Positions 28,353 to 39,555 of a DNA stretch of 64,000 nt are shown here, one piece after another. The DNA comes from Hypanus sabinus. Lineage: Eukaryota. Location: assembly GCF_030144855.1 (NCBI RefSeq), contig NC_082722.1, positions 20,274,001 to 20,338,000 of the forward strand. The letters are read 5' to 3'. The notes below the pieces were generated by a model, which worked only from the letters and a program-made list of their open reading frames with translations, was not told where the DNA came from and searched no databases. Each line of letters begins with the position of its first letter. The first letter of the stretch is position 1. The translations under genes were made by a program, and so were the position numbers.

Positions 28353-28600
28353 AGACCAAAAGGCAGTTCAACGTATGTTAGCTGCCCAATAATATAAACG
28401 AAAGTTAGGTAAGGCCATGCCACCCTCTTTTTTAGATTTTTAAAGATAAACTTTATCAATTCTAGAACGCTTATTCTTCCACAGATATGACAAAATAATA
28501 GAGTCCATAGAATCAAAAATGGTTTTAGGAATAAAAATTGGGATTGATTGATTGATTGAAATAAATATAAAAAAAATAGGGAGAACATACATTTTAACAA
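28353..28600 (-). repeat. Inverted near-identical copy of L1 ORF2 segment 25661-25903
   Basis: 248 vs 243 bp; differences seen are 2 substitutions, one extra CAAT unit and one extra T. Confidence 0.95.
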
Positions 28601-29384
28601 TAGAGGGAATCCCTCATCACAGTCCCTGTCATACTTCTGACAGCAGGTTTTAATCATGTCTTTCCAATTCGATTGAAACCGCTCCAAAGCCCCATGAGAC
28701 TCCGGGTGGTATGCGGAGGACAGAATTTGTTAAGTTTATTCAAATCCCTGACAAAGGACCCAATTGTACGTGTAATTCACCGTACCTGCGCATGTGAAAA
28801 TAAACTTGAAATGACTCAGTTATTAGCGACATTCTTACAAATTCAGGTTAGTTAACAAATTGCACTGTATTATAAATTTTCTGGTGAACCTGCTAACCAG
28901 CGACCGTAGGGAATCGAACCATGCACAGTTTGAGCAGAATGTAGGATACAGGACAAAAGTGAATTGAACAGAAACACAGAAACTAGACACTTATCCACAA
29001 AGGGCAAACGTTACCCAGTAAGCCCGATGTCAAATCACCAGGAATCTTCACTCGTCAGGTTATTGGATTTTTAACGTAATTAAGCTCGGATCACAGTCCC
29101 TGTCATACTTCTGACAGCAGGTTTCAATCATGTCTTTCCAATTCAGATAATTTGATGTTTAGTAGCTCATGCTAATCCAAATTCATTATGTGTGGTAACG
29201 GGTGCATTACACACTGTTTATAATTCTCCTCACTCTTTGTAACTTGATTCAGTGGTATATCTAGCTCAGTTAAATCAGATAGCGCAATCTAGAAATTGCT
29301 TTCAAACATGGCACATTTTTATAGTACAAGAATGATCTTCCAGTATATCAAACAGTCCAAAGTCTGCAGAAGGAAAGACATGCA

Positions 29385-29814
29385 AATGTCAGAAATATAC
29401 CTGTGTGTGCAAAATCCTGAAACAGACTAAAGTTGGTTACATTTGTGGGCCTGATAGTCATCTGCAATGTATATTTTTGTTTCTTGGGCGGAACTCATTC
29501 TAAGAGTTCTTGTAATTAAAAACTGATTCTGTCTCCTGAAACAGATTTCAATTTTGAATGTAATAGTGCACGTTCTTTTTTTCTCACTAAGAAATAATGT
29601 CAAAACTTTAGAATCAACTGTGATTACAATTTTTATTACAAATCTGTCCACACGAATAGACAGGAGACACAATCAAGTTTTAATTACAAGAACTGTTACA
29701 GTGAGTTATGCCCAAGAAAAAAATATCTACACAACAGATGGCTATCAGGCCCAAAAACCTAACCAATTTTCGTCTGTTTCACGATTTTGAACACAGATGA
29801 ATATGTCTGATATT
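29385..29814. repeat. Fold-back element: imperfect inverted arms 29385-29548 / 29640-29814 with a ~90-bp spacer
   Basis: Arms are reverse complements at roughly 80% identity; the ORF track shows matching peptides on opposite strands (NQ.LITRT...AQE..IY..D.YQA.K.NQ). Confidence 0.85.
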
Positions 29815-30238
29815 CCGAAGTATTCAAAACACTATAACGATTTATTGAGGGAATGAAAATTATTCAAAAACGTTTCAAAGTATAAAAGAAAATGAATTAA
29901 AACATTATGAACGCTTGAAATACTTGTAGTGCATTTAAGTGAACTCAGCAGTGTCCTCTTACAGCCTTTCATTCCATTTACATGAACCGACTCATTGATA
30001 GCGATTTATTCCATGGTATCTACTTGATCATTGCATCCACCAATGTCTGTTTCGCAAATTCGGGGAAAAATGTACCTTCAAGTCTGTAACGTTCATGACA
30101 AAAACACATATACTGAGAAATAGTGAATAAGAATCCCGTTTAATTTCAGCTACGTATGTTGGGAAAATTTTTATCTTAGCAACAACAGTATAAAGCAACA
30201 CAAGACAAATATACAAAAATAAATACATAATTCATACC

Positions 30239-30242
<4 letters not shown>

Positions 30243-30280
<38 letters not shown>
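30243..30280. repeat. (TG)n microsatellite
   Basis: Direct reading of sequence. Confidence 0.98.
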
Positions 30281-30284
<4 letters not shown>

Positions 30285-30299
30285 AATTAAAAATAGTGC

Positions 30300-30690
30300 A
30301 AAAACAGAAATAATAAAACGTGAGGTACTGTTCATGTGTTCGATCGCCATTTAGCAATCGGGTGGCAGAGGGAAAGAAGCTGTTCCTGAATCAATGAATG
30401 GGTAACATTAGGCTTCTGTACCATCTTCCCAGTGGCAATAATGAGACGAATGCATGTCTTAGATGATGGCGACCCTTAATATTTCATGGTGCATATCTAG
30501 GACATCGTTCCTTGAAGATGCCTTGGATACTATGAAGGCTAGTACCCATCATGGAGGTGACTAATCTCACAATTTTCTGTTGATTTATTTGATCCTGTGC
30601 AGCAGACCAACTCCTCTACCAGACAGTGAAGCAGCCTGTTAGAATGCTCTCCACGGTACAATAATAGCAATTGAGTATCAACTCTTTTCC
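30300..30690 (-). mobile_element. Rex1/Babar-like LINE 3' fragment
   Basis: gaagctgttcctgaatc...gcagcctgttagaatgctctccacggtaca is the reverse of the TVESILTGC region. Confidence 0.7.
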
Positions 30691-31289
30691 GTTCCCCCTC
30701 AGGATTTGAACCATAAGATCCAATGAACACGCGGAAGTTGACTTGTGAGTTCTATTATTATGCGATGTCGCTGGTTAGTTTTAATACAGATATTTACTGA
30801 CTGTTTCCTATCGCCATTCTGGATCCTTACAACTACATATTTTAATCTTAGCTCAGAATAGAAACGTGAACCTTGTTTCTTAAATTGGAGATAATGCTAT
30901 TGGATTTGGTTTACCGAAGATAAAATTCAATCAAAATATTTCTAACAAGAATTTTTATTGCAGGTGTTTCTGACCAAACACACAGTTCTAAAAATAGTAC
31001 ACAACAAAATATCAATAAATCAAAGGAAGCTTTATAACCTGTTCACTTAATCCATATACTACAAAGAGTAAATGGCTTCTCAGCTTAGTATATATCATCG
31101 CTGGACATAATGCATGGAATCCTGCAACCGGCTAAATTGTAGCTCTCTAATGCAATTTCTGGTTAGCTATCAACATGATACGCCGGGAAATTTAGAGATT
31201 TTAGTGGAAGTAATTTCCTTTTATAATTTTCTGCATGTTTTTGGGCATTAGTATGTCGCTATTAAGCAGAAATGATTGAGGATCTATGT

Positions 31290-31770
31290 CAGACTAGACT
31301 TGCCCACATTTCCGTCTGAAATCTATTTCCCACCGGCTTCAGATGAGATATGACCCAGGCTACTGTGGAAAGTAAGGGAGGAGATAGTTGAGCCTCTGGT
31401 GATGATCCTTGCATCAGCAATAGGGGCAAAAGAAGTCCTGTAGGTTTGGAGGGTTGGAATTGTGTTTCCCTTGTTGAAGAAAGGGAGAAACGATAACCCA
31501 AGAAACAATAGACAAGTGAGACTTACTTCAGTAGTGGACAAATTGTTGGAGAAGTTCCTGAAAGGCAAGATCTAAGAGAATCCGAAGAGACATAATCGGA
31601 TTAGGGATAGTCAGTATGGCCTTGTCAAAGGAAATTCGTGCTTTACGAGCCTGATTGAATCCTTTGAGGATGTAACAGAACAAATTGATGAAGTAGAGCA
31701 GTGGATGTAATCTGCACTGATTTTACTAAGGCATTTGATAAGGTTCTCCATGTGATGCCTATTCAGCGAA
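31290..31770 (+). mobile_element. CR1 RT fragment abutting the left breakpoint of copy B
   Basis: MDVICTDFTKAFDKVLH motif. Confidence 0.85.
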
Positions 31771-32654
31771 GTATTCTGACAGTGTGTGTTATAATTGACA
31801 GTACCCCTTTATATCTCGTTCAAAATGGGCATTTCTTCAACACCTCTTTCCTTTCAGAAGTGTATACTGTATTGACGCAAAATGAGTGGTAGTGATTCCA
31901 CACAACAATGCTGTCTTCAATGGTATCGATACTGCGGAGCACCATACAGAACAAGCCGTGTTTCCGATTTGTATCGATTCTACTTATAATTTGGGATAAT
32001 TGACATCAGTGAAGGGGCTTTGTTTGTCTTTGGACAGATAGTTTTAGATCGAAGGACAACATTCTCTTCTGTGAAATTATTGAAATGTTGCGTAGCCATT
32101 TCCCCATTCCCCAAAAGTTGTTCGAAGCTTGACAGGGCAAGTAATATTTATTCATCGGTCATAAATATTTGTAGTTATATATTTAAACAACTCTAGATAA
32201 TCGACATCGGTGAAATACGCGCTGGTCTATAAGAAGGCTGAAGAACATAAGAATATTGTGTTTAACCTCGATCATGCTTCGCGTTCAATTCGATGACGTG
32301 TGATTTGTGATTCGATACAATTTTCTGTTGCTCCCGATCTCTTAATAGCTTGCCGTAAGCAAATTATTCGTCTAAAAGTTGAGTGGTTTGACCCTCCCGC
32401 TGTTTAAAGCTTTTGACGGCATCGGGACGGGATGATGAATAGATGTGAACAGGTGTGGTCGGGATGCTGGGGGTAAGGTTGGGGCTTTAGCAATAAAGTC
32501 ATAACAAATATTTGGTTGGAAGTTTCAAAGGATGAAAACATTACTCAGCCAGTCTTTAAAATATCATCGAACATGGAAGAAACAATAAATAAGAAGTGTC
32601 CATTTTTTTATTAAAGAAACCTAAATTTGAAATTTATGATTTTAAATCAATGTA

Positions 32655-35600
32655 GTCAAATGTCCTGGTTAAGCACATGTTTCATTTCATTCCCACTGTC
32701 ATGCTGTTGGGTAATTTATTTCTGGAGGTTTTCTGCAATACACAGAGTAATCTCAGAATTCAGCTTCACAAAGCAATATTTTGGTTTCTGCTATGACAAG
32801 TGGCCGTTTGTTTGCCATTGGAATGTTGCGTCAGCCATTCGGGTTCTCTTAGTAACAGTCTATCCAGTGGGATGCCACGGAACATTCGAGAGAACTGTGC
32901 GGGATCACATTCATAAGGGACAATGGTTTGCTTTTCAGTTTTGCTGGTAGATGTTGGAAGTGGATCGAGGTGTGTAGAGAAGTACATATGAAAACGCTTA
33001 AGCAGCCCGTCAAAGGGAAGACCCTGTTATAGAAAAAGCAAATATTTGTGCAAACAAATGAGTCCAAGAAGGATATGCAAATACTCCAGAGTTATCCAGT
33101 TCATTTGTAACATTCTTCAAGGGAAGTCCGAACTGTGGCTGGGGACCGGGGCGCTGTGAGTACTGACTATCCAGAAATGAGTTCCAACACACATTTAGAC
33201 TGGTTTCAGTGTAATTGACACCTTTATTGTTCTAGTAAGTGTTATTTTTTTAATGTTAACATATCTGTAAGTATACTGCCACTTTATTTTTATGTCAGTG
33301 CAAGGTCAGTTATTTCCCGGCGAACAATATATTTGTATAGGGTAATATTGATAGTGTATTCTCCATACACTTAGTTCCCTCAAAAGGAAGATTCCAACTT
33401 TCCATATGTCGCATTTATATTGGCGGTGAGGAAGAAGTATGGGAAAGTACGAATATGTGTTGAACCGTATACCGAACAGACGTCCTGTTCCACGGATCGA
33501 GTTTGCGCTCTTCTGCCTTAATGGAGCCAAATGGTTCAGTGTATTGGATCCAATTAGCGGGCATTATCACCGACCCATGAGTGCAGTAGATGAAGTAAAG
33601 ATGGTACCAGGAGCACCGGCTTACTTTCCAACATGTCACGGGGACATGAATGCTGCTTGATTCACAGGTGTACTTACATGATCTCATGGTGTTTTCAACA
33701 ACACTGGAGGAGCCTGAGACGTGACGATTTACTGTGTCTGACCGCCTAAAAGCGGAAGGGTTAAAACTCTCACTGGACAAGTTTCTGTTCTTAAGACGTC
33801 AGTTAAATATGTCATTCACGTAGTCTCCTCGGATGGAGTGGCTACGAGTCCATCGTTGTTACAGGCGGTAACCACATGACAAAGGCCCAACACGATGATT
33901 GCCGTACGTTCTTTCCTTGGATAGTGTGGGCACTTGTGAATTAAGTTTGTGAAGGACTAATCCAGAACAAGCCATTAGTTGAATTAACTTCTGTACGGTT
34001 CCCCTCCCTTCACTGAAGAGAGGGATGAGAAGAAAGGGATAAGAAGACAATGTTTATTTTGCTTTTTGGAGTCTTTAGAGGAAAGATGAAGAAACACCCT
34101 TGAAGAAAGATGCAAAGTGTGATGAAGCATTTCAGCTGCTGAAGAGTTATTGACAAAACATCGTTGTTTTCTTTTGCAAACCAGCAGTTGCCGTATTTAT
34201 TGCGCACACATGCCAGCCGTGAAGGATTAGGCAGTGCTCAATGTCAAGCTGAAAGTAAAGGGGATTTTGTTTTCGTTAGATGGTGTCTGACACCAACGAA
34301 ACGAAATTATCCTACACACTAATTGGAGGTTCTAGCATTGAAATGGGAAGTGGTGGTAAATAAATTGACTAACTGGTGACAAGTTCGAGGTGCGGACCAA
34401 CAACGATCGAATGATTTATATTCTGAATTCGACGAAATTGGATGCCACAGGTCAATGCCGGTTGGCGGCGTCGTCTGCTTATTATTCCTGCCTTGCATAT
34501 CGGCCTGGAATTCAGCAATGATGCGTGGGCGTAGTCACGCAGTTCTTATGAGGTGCCGCCTACAGGCTGAGTGTGGGAGGAGCCATACAATTCCACAAGC
34601 ATATTGCAACTTAATCGCGCTGAATACGAAGCAGCTGCCCGACTTGAGTGCTTCGAAATTGGCAAAAGATCAACAAGCCGATACTTGTGAAGGTGTCATC
34701 AGGTCATCTGCTGTCAAGGCAGATATGGACCCAGTTGAGCAGGCAAGATAGCCTGCCATACCCCTACTCATGAGGTATTGGACGAACTGCAGTTGAAGAA
34801 AAAAGTTTCACATAGTTTTCCCTCATGCCCACATCGCCCTCGGTGCTCCCAGATGTGTTTCCCTGAAAGAAGTATCCTAAAATTCTACCGAAGTCACTTC
34901 AAATCATTTGGGATTTGACAAGATCTACCGATTGGTCTAAGATCAGTTTTATTGGACACGAGTGAAGCCTGAAGTTGAAAAGTACAGCACATCGTGCATC
35001 GAATGTATTCGGAGGAAAACGCTGCCTACGGGAGTTTATCAGACACTGCCACTCTCCCATTCACAAAGAACAGAACCACCTGACTTAGTGTGTATTGAAT
35101 TCCTCTCCATAGATCCTGATTCCAGTCTTGTTCGTCACGGGCTAATACACATGATATGCTCAAGCCTTGTCCACTCAGGATCAGAAAGTAGCGACGGTTG
35201 CCAAAATGGTATGGGATAAATATATTATCCATTGTGACCACTGAAGCGACTATGGAAGGAATTTTGACAGCCGGGTCATACATGAGTTACTCTTTATGAT
35301 TGGAGTTCAGAGTCAAAGCGTACGTCATGTCACTGTCAAGGTGATCCTCAGCATGGAAGATTCAACAGGACTTTGCTAGACATGCCTGGGGCCCTTGATG
35401 CCAACACAATGGGAAAATGGTGTCAACATAGTGGACATCTGATGCACTGCTACAGCTGCAACAGAATTAAAACAGTGGGTACTGGCCATTCTATTTGATA
35501 TTCGGGCACGAATCGAGGTCATCTGTAGACGTTTGGTTTGCAACCGCCAGTGGGGACTTGTCGCAGAACACTTATCTCAAGTTTGTGTCTGACGTGAGAA

Positions 35601-36679
35601 AAGAAATGTAAAAGCCTATGAGCTGGTAGCAGTTTCTGCTACCGAGCAAAAGCAGGGAAAGTAGAAGAGACATGGGCAAAGGATCATGTCCTCTCAGTTG
35701 ATGCCTGGAGAGTCAATTCTAATAATAAATTTGGGACTACAAGGGAAGCAAATGTTTGCCAACCGCTGGGTATCTACATCTTATGTAGTAGAGAGTCAGA
35801 TGTTCAATTTGCCTGGTTGCGAATGGTCTTGTCAATATTCTGCATGAGAAATATATTTTACCCCAAGGGCAGGAAGAATATGTTAGCCCAGTGTTTGACC
35901 TGGTGCCTACATCCGTAGAAATCTCTGCGCAGCAAGAGAACAGAAAGGCAACAAACTAACAATAGTGTGATTACAGCTGAAATTCATTAGAAAGTTGTGA
36001 ATCTAATAATGAATTGACAACTTCCTAAGAATTATAATGTCATCACGACATGACTACTTTTGGTTGTGGTGAATGTAATGCCATGGTTAAGAACATGTTC
36101 TACTGTATTCCTACTGCTATGCTGTTACGTATATTAATTTTCAGCACATTTTCTGCAAGACGCAGTGCGTTCTGTTCATGAAGCGTTATAGACTGGATCT
36201 TTGTTTTCTGCTTGGATAAGCAGCCGTTTGCACATCTTAGGAATGTTGTGCCGGCCAATCGGGGCTGTCTTAGTAACTTTCTGTCCACTGGGATGCCAAA
36301 GAACATTCGAGAGATTTGGATGGGATCGGATGTCTCTGAGGCAGTTTCGTTTGCAGGTTTTTGAAGAGGAAGGAGGTGTAGAGGCGAACACAACCGAAGA
36401 CGCTAGCAGCATCCCGTCCGAAGAGGAGATCCTGTTGTAAGAGGTGCTTTGAGCCGACCAATAGGTCCAAGGAGGAAATGTAAATATTTCTGAGTTAGGC
36501 AGTTCATAAATAACGATCTTCTAGGGAAGTCCGAACAGTAGCTGAGGACATCGGATCATCGCCCTGAGTACTTCGAGGAAAGCTTCCAACTATCCAGAAA
36601 TAAGTTTCAACGAAAATATGCTGACTTTGACTGGATTAACACTAATGGTCATTTTTATTCTTTTATTGTTCTATTAACA
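32655..36679 (+). mobile_element. Duplicate of the Gypsy element in copy B
   Basis: Same RT/RH/IN fragments; LTR-like copies at ~32655-33235 and 36074-36679. Confidence 0.85.
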
Positions 36680-37506
36680 GTTTGTTAACTCAGTCAACCT
36701 ATTCATTTTCTATACCATCACGGTATGGTCCAGGTCAATTTTGACCCGGACCAAGAATCCCCTCACAGGAAGTGTCTGTACCAAATTTTGAACAAAAGAT
36801 ATATCTAGAATGTATAAATCGCCTATCTGACATTAATAAATGGGTGATTAATCCTTATTTAATGTTTCGGAGATCTAAAATCTATTTCAATAGAAACTGG
36901 TCAACCTTCACCCGGAACAGCCTCAATAAGCAAAAATTTGCAGCACCTGTACAAAAATATAAATTTTTAACATATTTTCATTTTTTTTGCATTTTGGGCC
37001 ACTTTGGGAAAGTCATTGAGTTTAGGCCAAAAAAAGGCATTTAGGTTGTTTTCACTACTGTCAAATGTCATAACGGGTCACATTTGATCCCAACAGTATG
37101 TAAGGGTTAAAGTTGAAATATCTGTCAATATCCCTACTATATAATTTTAAGCCGCTGTAAGGTCTGTTTTGTCCTGATAACGATGACTGTGAATGAGGCA
37201 GTAATGATACAACATTCGCAGCATTTTTCTTCCCCTCAATGGAACAATCCAACTTTCCATTTTAGTTGAACTCAGATTATATCGACTCCAGACGTGTTTT
37301 AATTATTGAATGTGGTCTTCTCACTGTTACCCATGCAAAATTGTGTCACGTGGCTGTTAGCCAGGGGTAGCCAAACAGCCTAGGTTATTACGAGAAAATG
37401 TGAGAGGCTAACACCAGTAATAATATTTCACAAAATTTCCGCAATCGGGCGTTAGTCAAATTGCAATTAAAGGAAAACGTTGTACTTCCAGGAACAAAGA
37501 CACCAA

Positions 37507-37802
37507 GTAACACAATAACTAAGAGCCACTACTATTTCTGAAAAATTGTCGCTGAATTTTCACTTGACGGCAAAACACTCCACTGTCTGCGACACTAACA
37601 TTCAGGAGGGTAAATGTGCCCTTGTTACTCTTTACACTAAACTACTGTTTTCTGCTGACTGATTCTAAAAATGTCCCCCATTCGAACGAAACTTCAGCAT
37701 ATCCTGCAGAATTAGAAATTTGCAGAACATGGATTCAGTGCCACCGATTAAGAAGTTTAAGATCAGAGTATTGTTCCACTTTGGCTGAAATTGCTTTTAC
37801 GG
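37507..37802 (-). pseudogene. Pseudo-VJ exon, paralogue B
   Basis: Same lesions as copy A (AG>AA acceptor, two deletions, Cys>Arg, TAG, lost donor). Confidence 0.9.
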
Positions 37803-37899
37803 TTGACAAAGCATAAATGTGAATGATGAAAACAGTTGAATACACAGGACAAAAAAAATCGTCAGACTAAGTTGAAATTGCAGGGGCCCTGGCAGATAT

Positions 37900-39360
37900 A
37901 CTTACATTGTCCGTATCTGCGTGTGAGGTGCCGGAGAATTGTAGAACAGCTCATGTTGCTCTGTTTGTTTTTAAAAAAAAGAAGACTATAAACGTAATCG
38001 GGGAAATTATAGGCCGGTAAGTTTGACGTCCGGAGTAAGTAAATTATTGGAAGGAGTACTAAGAGATAGGATCTACACGTATTTAGATAGACAGGGACTT
38101 ATTAGGGAGAGTTAACATGGCTTTGTGCGTGGTAGGTATGTTTAACAAATCTATTAGAGATTTTAGAGGAGATTACAAGGAAAGTTGGTGAAGGGTAGGC
38201 GGCGGATGTTGCCTACATGGACTTCAGTAAGCCTTTGACAAAATCTCGCATGGTAGGTTAGTTAGTTTGATTCAGTGGCTAGGTATACATGGTGAGGTAG
38301 TAAATTGTATTAGACATTGGCTCAGTCGGAGAAGTCAGAGAGTGGTAGTGGAGGATTGTTTCTCTGAATGGAGTGCTGTGACCAGAGATGTGCCAAAGAG
38401 ATCAGTACTGGGTGCATTGTAAGTTTACAACTATATCAAAGATCTGAATGATAATGTGGTAAATTGGAACAGTAAATTTGCTGATGATACAAAGATTGGA
38501 GATGTAGTTGACAGCGAGGAAGCTTTTAAAGTTTGCAGAGGGATCTGGACCAGCTGGAAAAATGGGATGAAAACGGCAAATGTTGTTTAATACAGATAAA
38601 TGTGAGGTATTGCACGTTGGAAGGAAAAAAAACAAGGTAAATTATAGGGCACTGATGATTTCTGTAGAACAGAGGGATCTGGGAATACAGCTAAACAAAT
38701 TCGCTAAATGTGGCGTCATAGGTAGATAGGGTAGTAAAGAGAGCGTTTGGCACATTGGCATTTATAAATCAAAGTACTGAGTATAAGTGTTTGAATGTTA
38801 TAGCGAGGTTGTATAAGGCATTGGAAAGCCGAATTTGGAGTATTATGTGCAGTTTTGGTCTCCGTATTACAGGAAGGATAATGATAAGTTTGAAAGAGTG
38901 CAGAGAAGGTTTAGAAGGATGTTACCGGGACTTGAGAAACTGAGTTACAGAGAAAGGTTGAATAGGTGAGGACTTTATTCCATGGAGCGTAGAAGAATGA
39001 GGGGCGATTTGATAGAGGTATATAAAATTATGTTGTGTATAGATACAGTGAATGGAAGCATGCTTTTTCCGTTGAGGTTAATGGAGAAAAATACCCGAGG
39101 ACATGGGTTAAGTGTGAAGGGTGAAAAACTGAAAGGGATCATTGTCCGGGGGTGGGAGTGTGGAATGAGCTGCCAGGTTAAGTAGTAAATGCGGGCTTAC
39201 TTTTAACATGTAAGAAAACTTTGGCAGGTACATGGACGAGACCTGTATTAAAGGATAGGTCCAGCAGCAGATCATTGGGACTAGGCAGAAAAAATGGTTC
39301 GGCACGGCCAAGAAGTGCCAAAAGGCCTGTTTCTGTGCTGTAATTTTCTATTGTTCTATG
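37900..39360 (+). mobile_element. CR1 LINE RT fragment in intron 1 of paralogue B
   Basis: NYRPVSLT, FADDTKIG-like and ERRRMRGDLIEVYKIM motifs with frameshifts. Confidence 0.9.
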
Positions 39361-39496
39361 TTTCCAAGTGGGAAGAAGAATGAAGAAATGACAATATGAG
39401 AATTGGATATGTGCTACGTCCAAAGTTGCACAGTGCAGCTAATGTGTAATATTATAACATCGGCTTAGCTCCAAAAACTTGGCACATTAATTCTGT

Positions 39497-39555
39497 GTAC
39501 ATGGTCAAATGATAGCGATAAATGTCACTCACCGAACTGTTGCATCTGTAAGTTT
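39497..39555 (-). pseudogene. Degenerate leader exon remnant, paralogue B
   Basis: Aligns with exon 1 and flanking intron (aatgtgtaatattataacat vs aattgtataatgttataacat); in-frame stops. Confidence 0.55.

Larger units (their letters stand above)
19594..28720 (-). mobile_element. Gmr1-type Gypsy LTR element remnant (IN upstream of RT), split by Rex1/L1
   Basis: Read on minus: YHPESHGALERF...QESLGFNPF...LQARIQGPY (28720-28030) | KVVIKKIDSLNYVIKTP...VHINMLKPY, then KPDGSVRFCTDHRKVN, KGYW, NAPGTFQR, YIDDL (20970-20140), then an LTR-like segment ending at TGTCAC 19594. Confidence 0.82.
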
